From Myxococcota bacterium (GTDB lineage Bacteria; Myxococcota_A; Bradymonadia; UBA7976; UBA1532): a stretch of DNA of 64,000 nt. Each line of letters begins with the position of its first letter. Positions within the stretch are counted from its first letter, which is position 1. The DNA is taken from NCBI GenBank assembly GCA_036337435.1, contig JAYZEG010000033.1, forward strand, positions 24,744 to 88,743, read 5' to 3'. This document shows, piece by piece, positions 9,848 through 20,747 of this stretch. The position numbers were made by a program, and so were the translations under genes. The notes beneath the pieces were generated by a model, which worked only from the letters and a program-made list of their open reading frames with translations, did not search any database and was not told where the DNA came from.

Positions 9848-12721
9848 CTAAGGTGCGACGCACGCATAATCGATGCATTGGCCTTCCGCACAATCGACAT
9901 CGAGGCGACACTCAGCTACGCCCCATCTCAATTGAAAAGACCCGGACTCACCATTGCTACCATCCACGATCACGAACACAGGTTCATCTGCAGCCACGTC
10001 AAACACCGTAGATTCCGTGAGGGCACCGTCCGAACATGCAACGCGCCGACGCGCTGGGTTCGCGCAATCACTGACAACGTACAGGGCCAAATCCCAGCCA
10101 TCCTCAGGAATTGCTTCGACATACATCATTTGGTTTTGCGGACTCGCAAGCGTGTACACCACATCACCACCCAAAGTGTTGTTTCCTGTGCATAAATTCG
10201 CATCAAGGAGCCGGTAGTCATCAATGGCTGCTTGGGTTGATGCAACGAGTTGGCCGCCAGCTGCGTCAAGCGCAGTCGCTGAATCGCAGACCTCGTTCAC
10301 TGGAGCTGCACCGATTGATTCCACGTTCATCTGCACCGTCACTCGCCCGCGAGAGTTGGCATCAGCACCATCGATGACGAGATAGTAAACACCAGGTTCA
10401 ACCTGGGTCTCAAACCCAAAGCCACACACATTTGCATCTCTCGCTCGACAATCCGGTCCAAGGAATGCGCTGACAGCGAATGCATCGCCGGCCGCAGCCG
10501 CCTGCAATCTCACGTTAGCTGGTTCTAAGAAAGTCAGCCGGTAGACAACATCTGGTCCAGCGTCGCCAGTACAGCCACTTACATCATCATTAGCTCGGTC
10601 CAGATTGACCCCAAAAACCGTGACTCCGTCGGGATTGAAAGCCAACTCCTGGGCTTGGTTACACCGGTCGTTAGCGGGTGCCAATGCCAAAGGTGCAGTG
10701 TCAACATCCAATCGATAATTGGGGCGGTCTCCGATGTCGATGCCGTCGACAGCGATAGAGTAAGTGCCGAGCTCGGTTATCGCGGCACGGGCCGTCGCAG
10801 GGCTTCTCTGACTGAAGTTCGGATCGAGTGGGTCACGCTGGCCAGTCGAACAGGCGACTTCACTGGATGCGTCTCCGCAATTACTGCGAATGCTGACAAC
10901 AGGGTCGCCTAAGGTGCCGCCGGCCAAACCACTGACCGTGGCCGTCAAAAGGACCGGTAAATCAGCTTCATCATCAAAGGAGACCGAATAGATAACCTCA
11001 CCGCCATTGGCCTCACCGCCCGCACAGATCGGCGAGAATTCATCGTCTTGGGTGAGCTGTGCTTGCACGGACGCTTGGCCTCTTTGGAGCTCAAGGGGAG
11101 ATGCATCTTCGCAAAGCCGTAAGACAGCAGATGGGACGGCCGTCATGCTAACCCGATACGTCCCCGAACCTGACCGTGCGCTCAGCTCGAGGCAGTAGGG
11201 GCCCGCACCAGCACGAAAATTCACGGCGTCGCCTCCCTGCCGGGACCATTCGCTCTCCGTATTACGGACCGTTTCTCCATCAACTCGAATGACTCGGCCA
11301 GCGACCACAGCATCGCCGGATGTCACCTCAATGTCGATGGAGACTTCTTCTCTCACTTGAGTCGCGAAGCAAATGTAGTCTAGGTCATCGGGACAGATAC
11401 GACCGGCCAAATCACCGCTGAACCCTAACTCACCCGGTGCCCGTACTTGGCGACCGGTCTCGGGTGAATCATCACCGGCTCCGCTTTCATTCGCGTCGTC
11501 GATACACGCTTCGCCTTCGTCCACCAAGGCGACATCGAGAACAAACGAGCCGATCCCATATGGCTGATTTTGGTCAACGACCGCAAAGATGGTCTGCTCG
11601 CTCGGGAAAGGACCGACCACAACCGCTTCGACGGGTTGGTCGCTCTGCGCGCTGACCAGTTCTACGCCATCGGCATTGCGAATAGTCAAATTCAGATTCG
11701 CGAGGTTGTCCTGTTGACGCAGGCTGACCGTTGCCGCGTTGTTGGCCGGCAAGACAAACTCGAACCAATCAGCGTCGTCACCGCAGCTCACCAAACAGCG
11801 AAGTAAGCCAGCGATGATCGGTGTTGCTGTCTCCGCTGTTTCGTTGTCTTCGTACACGTCATCGGCACATTGTGGCAAATCACATGCCCCGTTTACGCAG
11901 ACCCGTGACCCAATGCATTCGTCATCGCTTGAGCAGGTGTCCGGTTCGGCGCACGCGTTGCCATCTGCGCGAACTCGGCATTCCATGCCCGTCGGGCAAT
12001 CGGAATCTTCCTGGCACGGACCGCAAATGTTGCCCGCCCGTGCTTCGAGACAAACGTGTCCGAGCACAGGGCAATCGGCGTCTGACTCACATGCACCAGA
12101 CGGGTCTCGCAAACACTGCCCATCCTCCGAGCAAATCTGACCGGGCGGGCAATCCACCTCGTCGTCCCGACAGTCCGGCGTCGCTTCGCATGTCCCACCG
12201 ACACAAACACGAGTGCCAAGACATTCGCGGCTGTCGCTGCAAACAGCCGGTTCAACGCACAGGTGCTGCTCGACATCACACGTACCGGCCCCAAAACACT
12301 GGTCGTCGGTCTCGCATTGACCGCAGCGGCCATCGAAACAGAGGGGCAGAGTCGGATCTGCATCGAGACAGGCTGCATCGTCAGCACACCCATCGGCGCA
12401 TGCACCGTCGACACAGATGCGGCCCTCGATGCACTGAGTATCCCGTTCACACGGGGACACTTCGACACACTCCCCCGCCTCGTCACAGGTGAGTTCACGG
12501 GGACAATCGCACTCAGCTGGCCCGACATCACCGAAATCGGAACGAGGTGGGCCTGCATCGGGCCTGCCTTGGTCAACGCCCTCATCAGGCGTTGTGCCAC
12601 CGCCCATGCCACCGCCACCGCCGGCGCCGCCATCGGATTCGTCTCCTCCGCAACCCAGTGCGAGCGCCAAGCCAATGGCCAAAATCCAACGGCTGTGTGG
12701 CCGCCTAAGAAAATTTGTCAT
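9848..12721 (-). CDS. Cys-rich repeat / PPC-like domain surface lipoprotein
   Basis: Lipobox LALGC and a Gly linker, then multiple C..D.DC....C..G.C repeats, DD.YE.N...TAT.I / CGDDADWF modules and NDRC..A / DVVY repeats. Confidence 0.8.
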   Translation of the reverse strand: MTNFLRRPHSRWILAIGLALALGCGGDESDGGAGGGGGMGGGTTPDEGVDQGRPDAGPPRSDFGDVGPAECDCPRELTCDEAGECVEVSPCERDTQCIEGRICVDGACADGCADDAACLDADPTLPLCFDGRCGQCETDDQCFGAGTCDVEQHLCVEPAVCSDSRECLGTRVCVGGTCEATPDCRDDEVDCPPGQICSEDGQCLRDPSGACESDADCPVLGHVCLEARAGNICGPCQEDSDCPTGMECRVRADGNACAEPDTCSSDDECIGSRVCVNGACDLPQCADDVYEDNETAETATPIIAGLLRCLVSCGDDADWFEFVLPANNAATVSLRQQDNLANLNLTIRNADGVELVSAQSDQPVEAVVVGPFPSEQTIFAVVDQNQPYGIGSFVLDVALVDEGEACIDDANESGAGDDSPETGRQVRAPGELGFSGDLAGRICPDDLDYICFATQVREEVSIDIEVTSGDAVVAGRVIRVDGETVRNTESEWSRQGGDAVNFRAGAGPYCLELSARSGSGTYRVSMTAVPSAVLRLCEDASPLELQRGQASVQAQLTQDDEFSPICAGGEANGGEVIYSVSFDDEADLPVLLTATVSGLAGGTLGDPVVSIRSNCGDASSEVACSTGQRDPLDPNFSQRSPATARAAITELGTYSIAVDGIDIGDRPNYRLDVDTAPLALAPANDRCNQAQELAFNPDGVTVFGVNLDRANDDVSGCTGDAGPDVVYRLTFLEPANVRLQAAAAGDAFAVSAFLGPDCRARDANVCGFGFETQVEPGVYYLVIDGADANSRGRVTVQMNVESIGAAPVNEVCDSATALDAAGGQLVASTQAAIDDYRLLDANLCTGNNTLGGDVVYTLASPQNQMMYVEAIPEDGWDLALYVVSDCANPARRRVACSDGALTESTVFDVAADEPVFVIVDGSNGESGSFQLRWGVAECRLDVDCAEGQCIDYACVAP

Positions 12722-12922
12722 CTGTCATTCCCCTCAACCGAAGCCAGTTGGTTTTGATGCTAAGTAATTATGTGGCCTTGATGCAACCTTACGATGACCC
12801 AAAATCAACATCTTGAAAAAAAAGTGAAATAATCAGGGGAAAACAGCAATCAGTACTTGGATCTATCCCAGCACTCAATGTACCCTCAATACTGCTAAGA
12901 TTCGTGGGGAGGTCTGGCATCT

Positions 12923-15900
12923 ATGGTTAGGTACATTATCTTCTTTCTCGTCAGCTTATGGATTGGCCAAAGTCAGGCGGGTGTTCCAGAACACTGGGTC
13001 AATATCGTGTCGCCCAACGCGGGAGAATGCGTGAATAATGGCCCTGAAACGTTCACAGGCGGTATTATCGGAGGCGAGGCCCAAGCACCCGCCCGAGATG
13101 TCCCCTTGGTCTTTCAAGCCTACTCCGTCGATGGAGAACCACTTACGCTCACTTTTCTGACCGAATGGACAGAAATTGCACCCAACGGCCAAGCGGTCGA
13201 GCGAAACGAAATGTATCAAATCGTTTTGAGCGTCCCTGCCGACGAAGTAGTGGAAACCGATGGCTACCCAATTCCTGGTTTTTTCGTGAACGATGGAGAT
13301 AATGTTCGGCTGACCATTCGTGCTGAGCACCCAACATTTGGACCAACTGAAACCGAGGTGGTTTTTGATCTAGACCGGGAAGCTCCGGTTGTGGTTATGA
13401 ACCCCGATTCAATTGCCAATGCACAAAGTGAATGTGCGGCCGAACCGGCTGATTTTAATTACCAAGTCTCTGATAATCGGACTCCACAAGAGGAGATTGT
13501 CAGTGACATTCGTGTCGAGCGTGATGGCTGCGTGGTGAGGCGGATTATCAGTGTACGAGATAACTGCGGCGATGGGAACGCGCAGGAGTTGGAACTTCTA
13601 AGCGAAGCCCCCGCCGATGCTGATTCCATCGACCTAGAAATTCGAGGTTTTCGATGCACCATCGAAGGCTGTGTGACCGAAGGCGCGAACGCACAGCAGT
13701 TCGAGGATGGCGCGCGTGTGTCGATGCCAACCTTCGTGCCTGTTATCAATGCGCCAAATGGATGTGCATCGAACGTGGAAGCTGTGGTCATGCGAGCAGA
13801 TGAGCAAGTCGCGACCTGTCCTGAGACACCTCCAGTCTTGACGGGGGCGGCCGGCGATGAATGCGCTGGTGATGCTGACTGTTCGGGCGCGCAAACGTGT
13901 GTGAATGGCTTCTGTGCGGAGCCTGCTGAGTGCCAGAACAACGCCGATTGTCGGGGCGCACGCATCTGTAAAGAGGACGGCTGTGTAAGCCCATGTTCTC
14001 CCCTCGAAGGTGGCCGAGTCTTTGAAGACGCAGGGGATTATATCGCACGATTGAGGGTCAGTAGCTGCGGAGGAAATCCTGTAGAGACCAATATGACGGT
14101 CACCGTGCTCGAGAAGCCCATCGCTGTGGCTGGCGGCAATCTGGAGAACGGCGATTATGAGGTTCGCCAAGGTGAACCACTCATTTTAGACGGGAGCACA
14201 AGCTTCGCTGCGCCCGAAGTTGGGGGCATTGTTGAATATGCCTGGGACTTGAATGGCGACGGGTTTTACAATGTTGATAACGAAGTGTTCGGCGGCGACC
14301 AACCGACCGTTGAGTTCGACACGTTGATTTCTGGAGAATTCCGAAGACGCCTGAGAGTGACGGCCGGCAACGGGACGTCCGCCTACGTATGGTTTAATAT
14401 AACAGTGCTTGATGTCGACCCTGTCTGCGATGCAGGAGGTCCTTACGTGGTCTTCGAGGGTGAGGCCCTGGAACTAGATGGAAGCGGGAGTGCCGCTGGA
14501 CATGAAGCAGACCCGATCCAATCGTACGCTTGGGACTTTGGGGATGGCTTCAGACCACAGACCGGTGCGACGCTGCGCCGGCCACTCCACATTTACCGAG
14601 ATGCCAGCGATGAGCCGCTCACGGTGACTTTGACCGTGTCTGACCCTGATTCTCAAAGTCAGTGCACCGCACAAGTCATCGTCAACGACGTTCAACCGCA
14701 ACTAGATGGAGTGAACATTCTCAACCCGCAGTCGGCCATCGAAGGCGAGCTGATGCGATTCGAAGCCAATGCCCAACCTGGCAGTCAGTCGGATCCACTC
14801 ACCTATTTCGCGTGGACGTTTGGTCTTCCAGGTGCCGGTGTCGAAGGTGAAGCGCAACGGACCGCCGAATACACCTACATGGATAACGGAAGCTACCAAG
14901 TCTGTGTCACCGTCCAGGATGAAGACTCGAACGTCAGTGATTGCGCGGAACTCGAGATCGCTGACCTCGAACCCTTCGCATCAATGACTGGACCCGAGCG
15001 AGCTGTGCAGGGCGAAGAACTCACGTTCGATGCATCGAATACGCAAGCCGGTGGACTTGCTGATCCATTAACCATGTTGGTCTGGAATTGGGGCGACGGA
15101 AGCAATCTTGAAACCGTGCAACTCGGCAACAACATTCCAAACCAATTCCTCGGCACGCACACCTATGCTGAAGACGGCGTTTACACTGTGACCTTACGCG
15201 TTGTGGACGAAGATTCTGCAGCCATCGTCACACAGGTCGTCACCGTCGAAGATGCCCAACCCGAGGCTCAATTTGAAATCAGTTATCCTGGTCTAGAGCG
15301 GACCATTCCAGAGGGCGTCGACCTGCTCTTCAACTCAGCAGGGAGCCGAGCAGGCAGCGCGACCGATCCAATCGAAGCATTCGTATGGGATTTTGGGGAT
15401 GGCACGACACGAACGCTTGAGCCTAACCAAACAGGGGTAACCTACAATTGGGCGGACGAAGGCGCATATGAAGTCCGTCTCACCGTTCGCGACGATGACG
15501 GCAGTGAGTCGTCATTGATGAGAATCGTTGAAGTGACGAACCGCGCACCCATCGTCCAATTACAGGCCGATTCCAATCAAGTCGCCATCGGTGAGAACAT
15601 TCTCTTCGTTGCACTCAGCGGGGATGTCCCTGCCGGTGATGGTGCTCGGGTCGTTGCATTGGTCGATGACGTCGAGGGTGACTTGCCACCAGCCCTTGTG
15701 CGTTGGGAAATGGGCGACGGCTCAGTTATCGAATCTGGCTCACATCGCTATGCATTCAACTCGCTCGGTCAGAAAACTGTGCGGGTCACGGTTGACGATG
15801 GTGATGGAGGAACCACAGAGGCTGAGATCGTCCTCAATGTGACACCAGCTGCGCCGTCTATTGAGGCGCTGGAGCCACAGAATATCAGAGAGGGGCAACT

Positions 15901-17086
15901 GTTGACATTTGACGTGCTTGTCAGTGCCCCAGTCATCGGCCCCGGTCAATTCGATGAAATCGATGTCACAACCGTCGAAAGTCCGCCCGGTGCTGACGTT
16001 GAGTACATTCAAGAAGAGGCTGACATTCGCGTCAGGTTTACTTGGCAACCGACCTATTATGATTCGGGATACCATCGCCTATGGCTCCGAGCCAATAGCT
16101 CGGAGGCAGAGCGACTTCGCATCATTGACATCAATGTTGACGATGCTGGTGTACCGCGACTTGCCGCGTTAAGCGGCAGTCCATCCCGCGCTGTCATCAC
16201 CTTTTATGATTACGAACGGGGTCTGCGGTCAGTGGTTCTGAGGTCCAACGCTGAAATTGAGCTTGGCTTAGGCGTTGGCAGCTTCTGCGCGTCGCAAGAC
16301 GGACGCTATGTTTGGGCGACTGTACCGGGTTCAAATAGAGTGGCTGTCGTTTCGACGGCAGACTCGGGTGAACTGGTTCGTCGGATTCCCGTCGGCGCTA
16401 TGCCAAGCGCGGTTGCCTACGGCGATGACCACATTTGGGTGACCAATCGCCTCGACTCAAGCCTTTCAGTCATCAATGCCGCCTCGATGAAGGTCGTCAC
16501 AACATTGGCTCTCGATGGTCTGAGCCAACCCAGCGACTTGGCCTGGTTGCCCGGTGCCGACGGTGTTGCTGCGCAGCTGCTTGTCGTCTCAGCGTCAGGT
16601 CACCTGGCGGTTATCGATCCAGAGCAAGTGCTCATCGGGGGGTTGAATCCGATTCTATCCACGCGACAGGTGGGTGGCATTCTCGACCGAATCGTTATCG
16701 ATGCAGACCATGATGCGGTGTTTATATCCGACTCGAAGACCCGACGGGTGTACCGAATCGTGGCATCGAGTGTGACTGATGAAAATGCAAACGTCGAAGG
16801 CATTCCCTTGTCTTTCGCAGCGCGAGATCTCCATGCGAGCGGTGGTCGTCTATGGGCAGCGACCGAGACGAGTTTAATCGAATGGAGCGATGGGACAACC
16901 GAGTCCAATGATTTGATTCGAGCAAGAGCACTGACAGAGGTCGTCGAGCAAGCCGTACCTGGAGGTGCCCTCGGCGTGGCGACAGGCAATCGTGTCGAGA
17001 ACTACGATGCCGAAGACATGTCACGTATCACCGATGCAGCCGGCAATAATGTCAGACGGATCTTGACACTGGTTGCGCCAAGGTAA
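12923..17086 (+). CDS. Secreted PKD-domain repeat protein with a Cys-rich insert and a C-terminal YVTN-like beta-propeller
   Basis: Signal peptide ending SQA. About six PKD signatures (YAWDLNGDG, YAWDFGDG, WNWGDG, FVWDFGDG, WEMGDG). Propeller motifs SNRVAVVS..IPVG..P and WVTNRLDSSLSVI. GGGGAGG SD. Confidence 0.85.
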   Translation: MVRYIIFFLVSLWIGQSQAGVPEHWVNIVSPNAGECVNNGPETFTGGIIGGEAQAPARDVPLVFQAYSVDGEPLTLTFLTEWTEIAPNGQAVERNEMYQIVLSVPADEVVETDGYPIPGFFVNDGDNVRLTIRAEHPTFGPTETEVVFDLDREAPVVVMNPDSIANAQSECAAEPADFNYQVSDNRTPQEEIVSDIRVERDGCVVRRIISVRDNCGDGNAQELELLSEAPADADSIDLEIRGFRCTIEGCVTEGANAQQFEDGARVSMPTFVPVINAPNGCASNVEAVVMRADEQVATCPETPPVLTGAAGDECAGDADCSGAQTCVNGFCAEPAECQNNADCRGARICKEDGCVSPCSPLEGGRVFEDAGDYIARLRVSSCGGNPVETNMTVTVLEKPIAVAGGNLENGDYEVRQGEPLILDGSTSFAAPEVGGIVEYAWDLNGDGFYNVDNEVFGGDQPTVEFDTLISGEFRRRLRVTAGNGTSAYVWFNITVLDVDPVCDAGGPYVVFEGEALELDGSGSAAGHEADPIQSYAWDFGDGFRPQTGATLRRPLHIYRDASDEPLTVTLTVSDPDSQSQCTAQVIVNDVQPQLDGVNILNPQSAIEGELMRFEANAQPGSQSDPLTYFAWTFGLPGAGVEGEAQRTAEYTYMDNGSYQVCVTVQDEDSNVSDCAELEIADLEPFASMTGPERAVQGEELTFDASNTQAGGLADPLTMLVWNWGDGSNLETVQLGNNIPNQFLGTHTYAEDGVYTVTLRVVDEDSAAIVTQVVTVEDAQPEAQFEISYPGLERTIPEGVDLLFNSAGSRAGSATDPIEAFVWDFGDGTTRTLEPNQTGVTYNWADEGAYEVRLTVRDDDGSESSLMRIVEVTNRAPIVQLQADSNQVAIGENILFVALSGDVPAGDGARVVALVDDVEGDLPPALVRWEMGDGSVIESGSHRYAFNSLGQKTVRVTVDDGDGGTTEAEIVLNVTPAAPSIEALEPQNIREGQLLTFDVLVSAPVIGPGQFDEIDVTTVESPPGADVEYIQEEADIRVRFTWQPTYYDSGYHRLWLRANSSEAERLRIIDINVDDAGVPRLAALSGSPSRAVITFYDYERGLRSVVLRSNAEIELGLGVGSFCASQDGRYVWATVPGSNRVAVVSTADSGELVRRIPVGAMPSAVAYGDDHIWVTNRLDSSLSVINAASMKVVTTLALDGLSQPSDLAWLPGADGVAAQLLVVSASGHLAVIDPEQVLIGGLNPILSTRQVGGILDRIVIDADHDAVFISDSKTRRVYRIVASSVTDENANVEGIPLSFAARDLHASGGRLWAATETSLIEWSDGTTESNDLIRARALTEVVEQAVPGGALGVATGNRVENYDAEDMSRITDAAGNNVRRILTLVAPR

Positions 17087-17125
17087 TGATTACGCGTGTG
17101 GACGCAGAAACTGTAATACAGAGAA

Positions 17126-20100
17126 ATGGGTGAACAAAAAGGGGTTCTCTTGAATACTTTAATTGGTCATATCGGAAGATTTTTTCTCGCGATGGCATGC
17201 GCCATCGCATTGGGTGCGTGTTCGGACGAAACCCCTGGTCAGCCCGTAACTGGTACTGGCGGTACAGGTGGTGTTGGCGGCATGGGCGCAAGCGGTGGTA
17301 CTGGCGGGGATGCCGGCGATGGCGGCGGCGGGGGCGACATGCTCTGCGTAAATAACGGACAATGTCCTGAAGGTCAGTACTGCGAACTCGACGGCGGTCG
17401 GGTTGGTAATTGCTTACCAGGGTGTCGCGATGACGAGGAATGCGGCGATGGTCAGGTCTGTAATCCTGATTCACACATGTGTGAGGACGAGCCCTGCGAA
17501 ATCGATTCAGATTGCCCGGGCAGTGACCAGTACTGTAACGATGGCGCATGCGTAGAGGGCTGCAGAAGCACCGAAGAATCCTGTAATGAACTCGACGAGG
17601 TAGGCCGGAGTAGTATTTGTGACTTGGACACTCGTCTTTGCGTACCCCTCTACGCCTGCTGCACAGGCGTCGATATGTGTCAGGTGGAACTGCAGGCGAC
17701 CTGTGAGGCCAATGGTGGTGTGGCTCTTGAAGGAGCAGCCGACTGTAGTTCCAATCCCTGCGGCGTCGAATGCGTAGAAGACTCCGATTGCGGGGCGGAT
17801 GTGACCCGGTTCTGCTCTGTGGCCGACGGTCGCTGCCAAGATGGCTGCCGACTCGATGAACCTGGGAGTTGCGAAGATGGTCAAGTGTGTGACCCAAATT
17901 CTCACCAGTGTATTGATCTGCTTTGCGGCAGTAATAATGACTGCCCAGACGACCGATACTGCGACCTACGAGATGGCCGAGGCCTCTGTCTGCCAGGTTG
18001 CCGAGATGACGATGGTTGTGATGATGGGCTGAGCTGCAATGACAATCTCTGTGTTCGAGTTTGTGACCCGTCTGATGCGGACGCATGCGGCGAAGGTCAA
18101 TTTTGTAATCCGGATACGGAACAATGCGAAGAGGCCTGCCAAGAACACGCAGATTGCGAAGAAGGCCGCTTCTGCGATGCTCAATCCGGCGCATGCCTAC
18201 CGGGCTGTCGAGATGACGAAGGAGAAGGCGGTGAGCCAAACGATACGCAAGCGACCGCAACAGTATTGACGCTCGACCCACCGGATGCCAATGGCCGTCG
18301 ATACGGATCTGTGGAAGGCCGCGTACTCTGTGACAACAACCAAGATGTCATCCGGATTGATGTACCAGCGGGTGCACGACTTCGCGTGGATGTAACCTTC
18401 GACCAGGGTACACCGAACTTCACTTTGGACGGCAACAGCGGGAACTGTGGCGATGACAGCAACTGCGCAGAAGCACTCGAGTGGACCTGCGAAGACAGAG
18501 TCTGTGTGGGACCAACCCAAGAAGCCCGCGGGCGAGACCAATTTGCTGCAATCGAGTATCCGGCCATCGGTGAATTGGTTCAAGACGTGGCCAGCTATTA
18601 CGTCACAATTGCACCAACCAATCAGCGCATTACGTACCGTGTCGACGTTGTTGTCGTCGATGCCGCAACCGGTTGTATTCCGGACATCCGCGAGCGCGCT
18701 GGCGACAATAACGCGGGGAGCGCAACAGAAATTGAATCGGGCTTTGCCGACACCATCCGAGGCGTAATTTGCCCTGAGGATGAAGATTGGTTCCGAATCT
18801 CTCTTGACCCAAATGACGGTCTTTCAATGACTTTGAGAAGTCTCGACGGTACAGCGATCGATGCCTACTTCTACCCAGCCGGTGCAAACCGCGCTGACCC
18901 AGTTCTGAGAGCGGCTGAAGACAGCAACCGGCAAGATTATCCTCAGGGTGAGAGCAGTTTTGTACCTGGTGGCGATTGGTTTGTCGTCTTAACGGGCCGT
19001 GCACCTGATGAATCCGGCGCCTATGAATTGGATGTCCTCCATTCACCGAGCGTGGTTGATTGCGGCGGTGGTGACCAAGGCGACTCGGTCGCAACCGGCG
19101 AGGCCATTGACGTTGAGGTCGACATGGAAACTGAACTAACAGACCTGGCCATTTGTAACGCAGATGGAGCCGACGTGGACATGTTCTGCTTCAATGTCGA
19201 GGCTGACGAAATGATTACAGCAGCGGCTGTCATGACAGGACCGGATGCGCAAGCAGGCCGCCTACGAATTCAAGTCGTTAATGCCCAGGGCGAAATCGTG
19301 AGCAATGATGCCGTCAACACAGTCGGGGACGAGCGTTTGTATGCGCGTGTCATTGGCACTGAGCAAGGCCAATACTGTGTTCGTGTGGAAGGCATCAATC
19401 GAAGCCAAGGCAGTTATGACCTATTCGTCGGTCGTAGCGGCGATATGGGCGGTATGTGTGGACTTGATTTCACGGAGAATAATGGCCCACGAAACGACAG
19501 AGCCAGCATGGCAACCCTTCTCGAGTCAGACGACGGTCAGTATTCGTTTGATGAAGGCTACTTGTGCGACCCAGGCGTGCCCGATGAAGATTGGTACCGC
19601 TTCGACATCGAGCAGGCAAACTCCTCGGTCTGCGTAACGGTCGGTGGATTCAGTGCCGACCGCGCAGATATCGATGTTGGCATTTTCCCGGCGACAGGAA
19701 ACGCCATGGGTCCCAATTGTACTCAAGGTGGCCAAGCATTCTGTGACCGCTCAGGCGGTGGTGCCTGCATCCCAGGCGCAGGGGGACAGTTTTTCTGCAC
19801 GCCCGCTCTCGAAAGAGAGGCGACTAATTACGACTCAGAGGTCATCTCGATTCGACGAAATATCTTCAGGGACCGCGAAGGAGAGTACCTCGCACGGATT
19901 CACCATAACGATATGAACGAAGGTCCATATCAGCTGAACATAACGGTGATTCCGCCTTCTGATATCTGTGAAGATGATGCCTACGAACCAAACAATGCTG
20001 TTGGGGATGAAACCTTCTTGGGCAGCGGTGAAGTCTCGGTCTGCGACGCTTGGATTTGTGAAGACGAGCAGATTAATGGCGACCGCTACACAATCGACGT

Positions 20101-20533
20101 GCCTGCCGGGCAAGATCGAACTGTCCTTGTCAATTATTCGGACTTGGTCGAAGGCCGCCTGTTCATGGGCGCAGTCGATAGTGCTTTGGGCGAAGACGCG
20201 GCTGTCGCTGGAGTGGAAAGTGGCATTCTGGCTGGCGGTAACCAATGTATCAACATTCGGGGTGGTGCAGAGAATAAGCGAGTGACTCTATCGGTCGTTC
20301 AAGCAGAACGGGCGCCAGCCAACGATCTGGGCCGAACGGATTATCTGCTCCGCGTTGTGCCAACGGACCTGGCCAATGAGCCCGGAGGCGAGTGCGTGCA
20401 ATTGGGTGCAGTCGACTTGAGCAGTGCAGAATTTCCAAACGGCGTCTGCCCACCACGGGCCGACTGGCCGGTCAACGACATTCTCGGCATTGCCATTCAA
20501 CCCAACGGGTGTTGGCCTGTCCTCGACCTATAG
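17126..20533 (+). CDS. Cys-rich repeat / PPC-like domain surface lipoprotein
   Basis: Lipobox ALGAC and a Gly/Thr linker, then five G.C..GCR repeats (CLPGCRDD three times) and several EPND/DNN..A..I + C..DEDW(F/Y) modules. The true start may be the TTG at 17150. Confidence 0.8.
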   Translation: MGEQKGVLLNTLIGHIGRFFLAMACAIALGACSDETPGQPVTGTGGTGGVGGMGASGGTGGDAGDGGGGGDMLCVNNGQCPEGQYCELDGGRVGNCLPGCRDDEECGDGQVCNPDSHMCEDEPCEIDSDCPGSDQYCNDGACVEGCRSTEESCNELDEVGRSSICDLDTRLCVPLYACCTGVDMCQVELQATCEANGGVALEGAADCSSNPCGVECVEDSDCGADVTRFCSVADGRCQDGCRLDEPGSCEDGQVCDPNSHQCIDLLCGSNNDCPDDRYCDLRDGRGLCLPGCRDDDGCDDGLSCNDNLCVRVCDPSDADACGEGQFCNPDTEQCEEACQEHADCEEGRFCDAQSGACLPGCRDDEGEGGEPNDTQATATVLTLDPPDANGRRYGSVEGRVLCDNNQDVIRIDVPAGARLRVDVTFDQGTPNFTLDGNSGNCGDDSNCAEALEWTCEDRVCVGPTQEARGRDQFAAIEYPAIGELVQDVASYYVTIAPTNQRITYRVDVVVVDAATGCIPDIRERAGDNNAGSATEIESGFADTIRGVICPEDEDWFRISLDPNDGLSMTLRSLDGTAIDAYFYPAGANRADPVLRAAEDSNRQDYPQGESSFVPGGDWFVVLTGRAPDESGAYELDVLHSPSVVDCGGGDQGDSVATGEAIDVEVDMETELTDLAICNADGADVDMFCFNVEADEMITAAAVMTGPDAQAGRLRIQVVNAQGEIVSNDAVNTVGDERLYARVIGTEQGQYCVRVEGINRSQGSYDLFVGRSGDMGGMCGLDFTENNGPRNDRASMATLLESDDGQYSFDEGYLCDPGVPDEDWYRFDIEQANSSVCVTVGGFSADRADIDVGIFPATGNAMGPNCTQGGQAFCDRSGGGACIPGAGGQFFCTPALEREATNYDSEVISIRRNIFRDREGEYLARIHHNDMNEGPYQLNITVIPPSDICEDDAYEPNNAVGDETFLGSGEVSVCDAWICEDEQINGDRYTIDVPAGQDRTVLVNYSDLVEGRLFMGAVDSALGEDAAVAGVESGILAGGNQCINIRGGAENKRVTLSVVQAERAPANDLGRTDYLLRVVPTDLANEPGGECVQLGAVDLSSAEFPNGVCPPRADWPVNDILGIAIQPNGCWPVLDL

Positions 20534-20548
20534 ACGTCACCGCTCAAC

Positions 20549-20588
20549 GCAGTGATTCGAGTGCAACCAGACAAACTCGAATCACTGC
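20549..20588 (+). terminator. 14-bp perfect inverted repeat after the lipoprotein gene; terminator or 3' stabilising hairpin
   Basis: GCAGTGATTCGAGT-12 nt-ACTCGAATCACTGC, 15 nt after the stop codon. No U-tract follows. Confidence 0.55.
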
Positions 20589-20747
20589 CCGTCCGCCCCG
20601 CAAGAATCCCCCGTAAGACGCAACCATGATTCGGTGTTTATTCTGAATATTTGTTTAAATTGAACGATTGTTATCGTCAGCCGGTTGCCGCTGAAGGCCG
20701 CCAATAGTAACGTCTGTCTATTGATCGTGATTTACAGGGGGCAGAGA

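Noticed and set aside
11821..12757. Several 160-260-aa alternative-frame ORFs
   Set aside because: They overlap the well-supported 957-aa lipoprotein and have no recognisable features.
17052..18281. 409-aa minus-strand ORF
   Set aside because: An Arg/His-rich antisense shadow of the Cys/Asp/Gly-rich lipoprotein gene, with no motifs.
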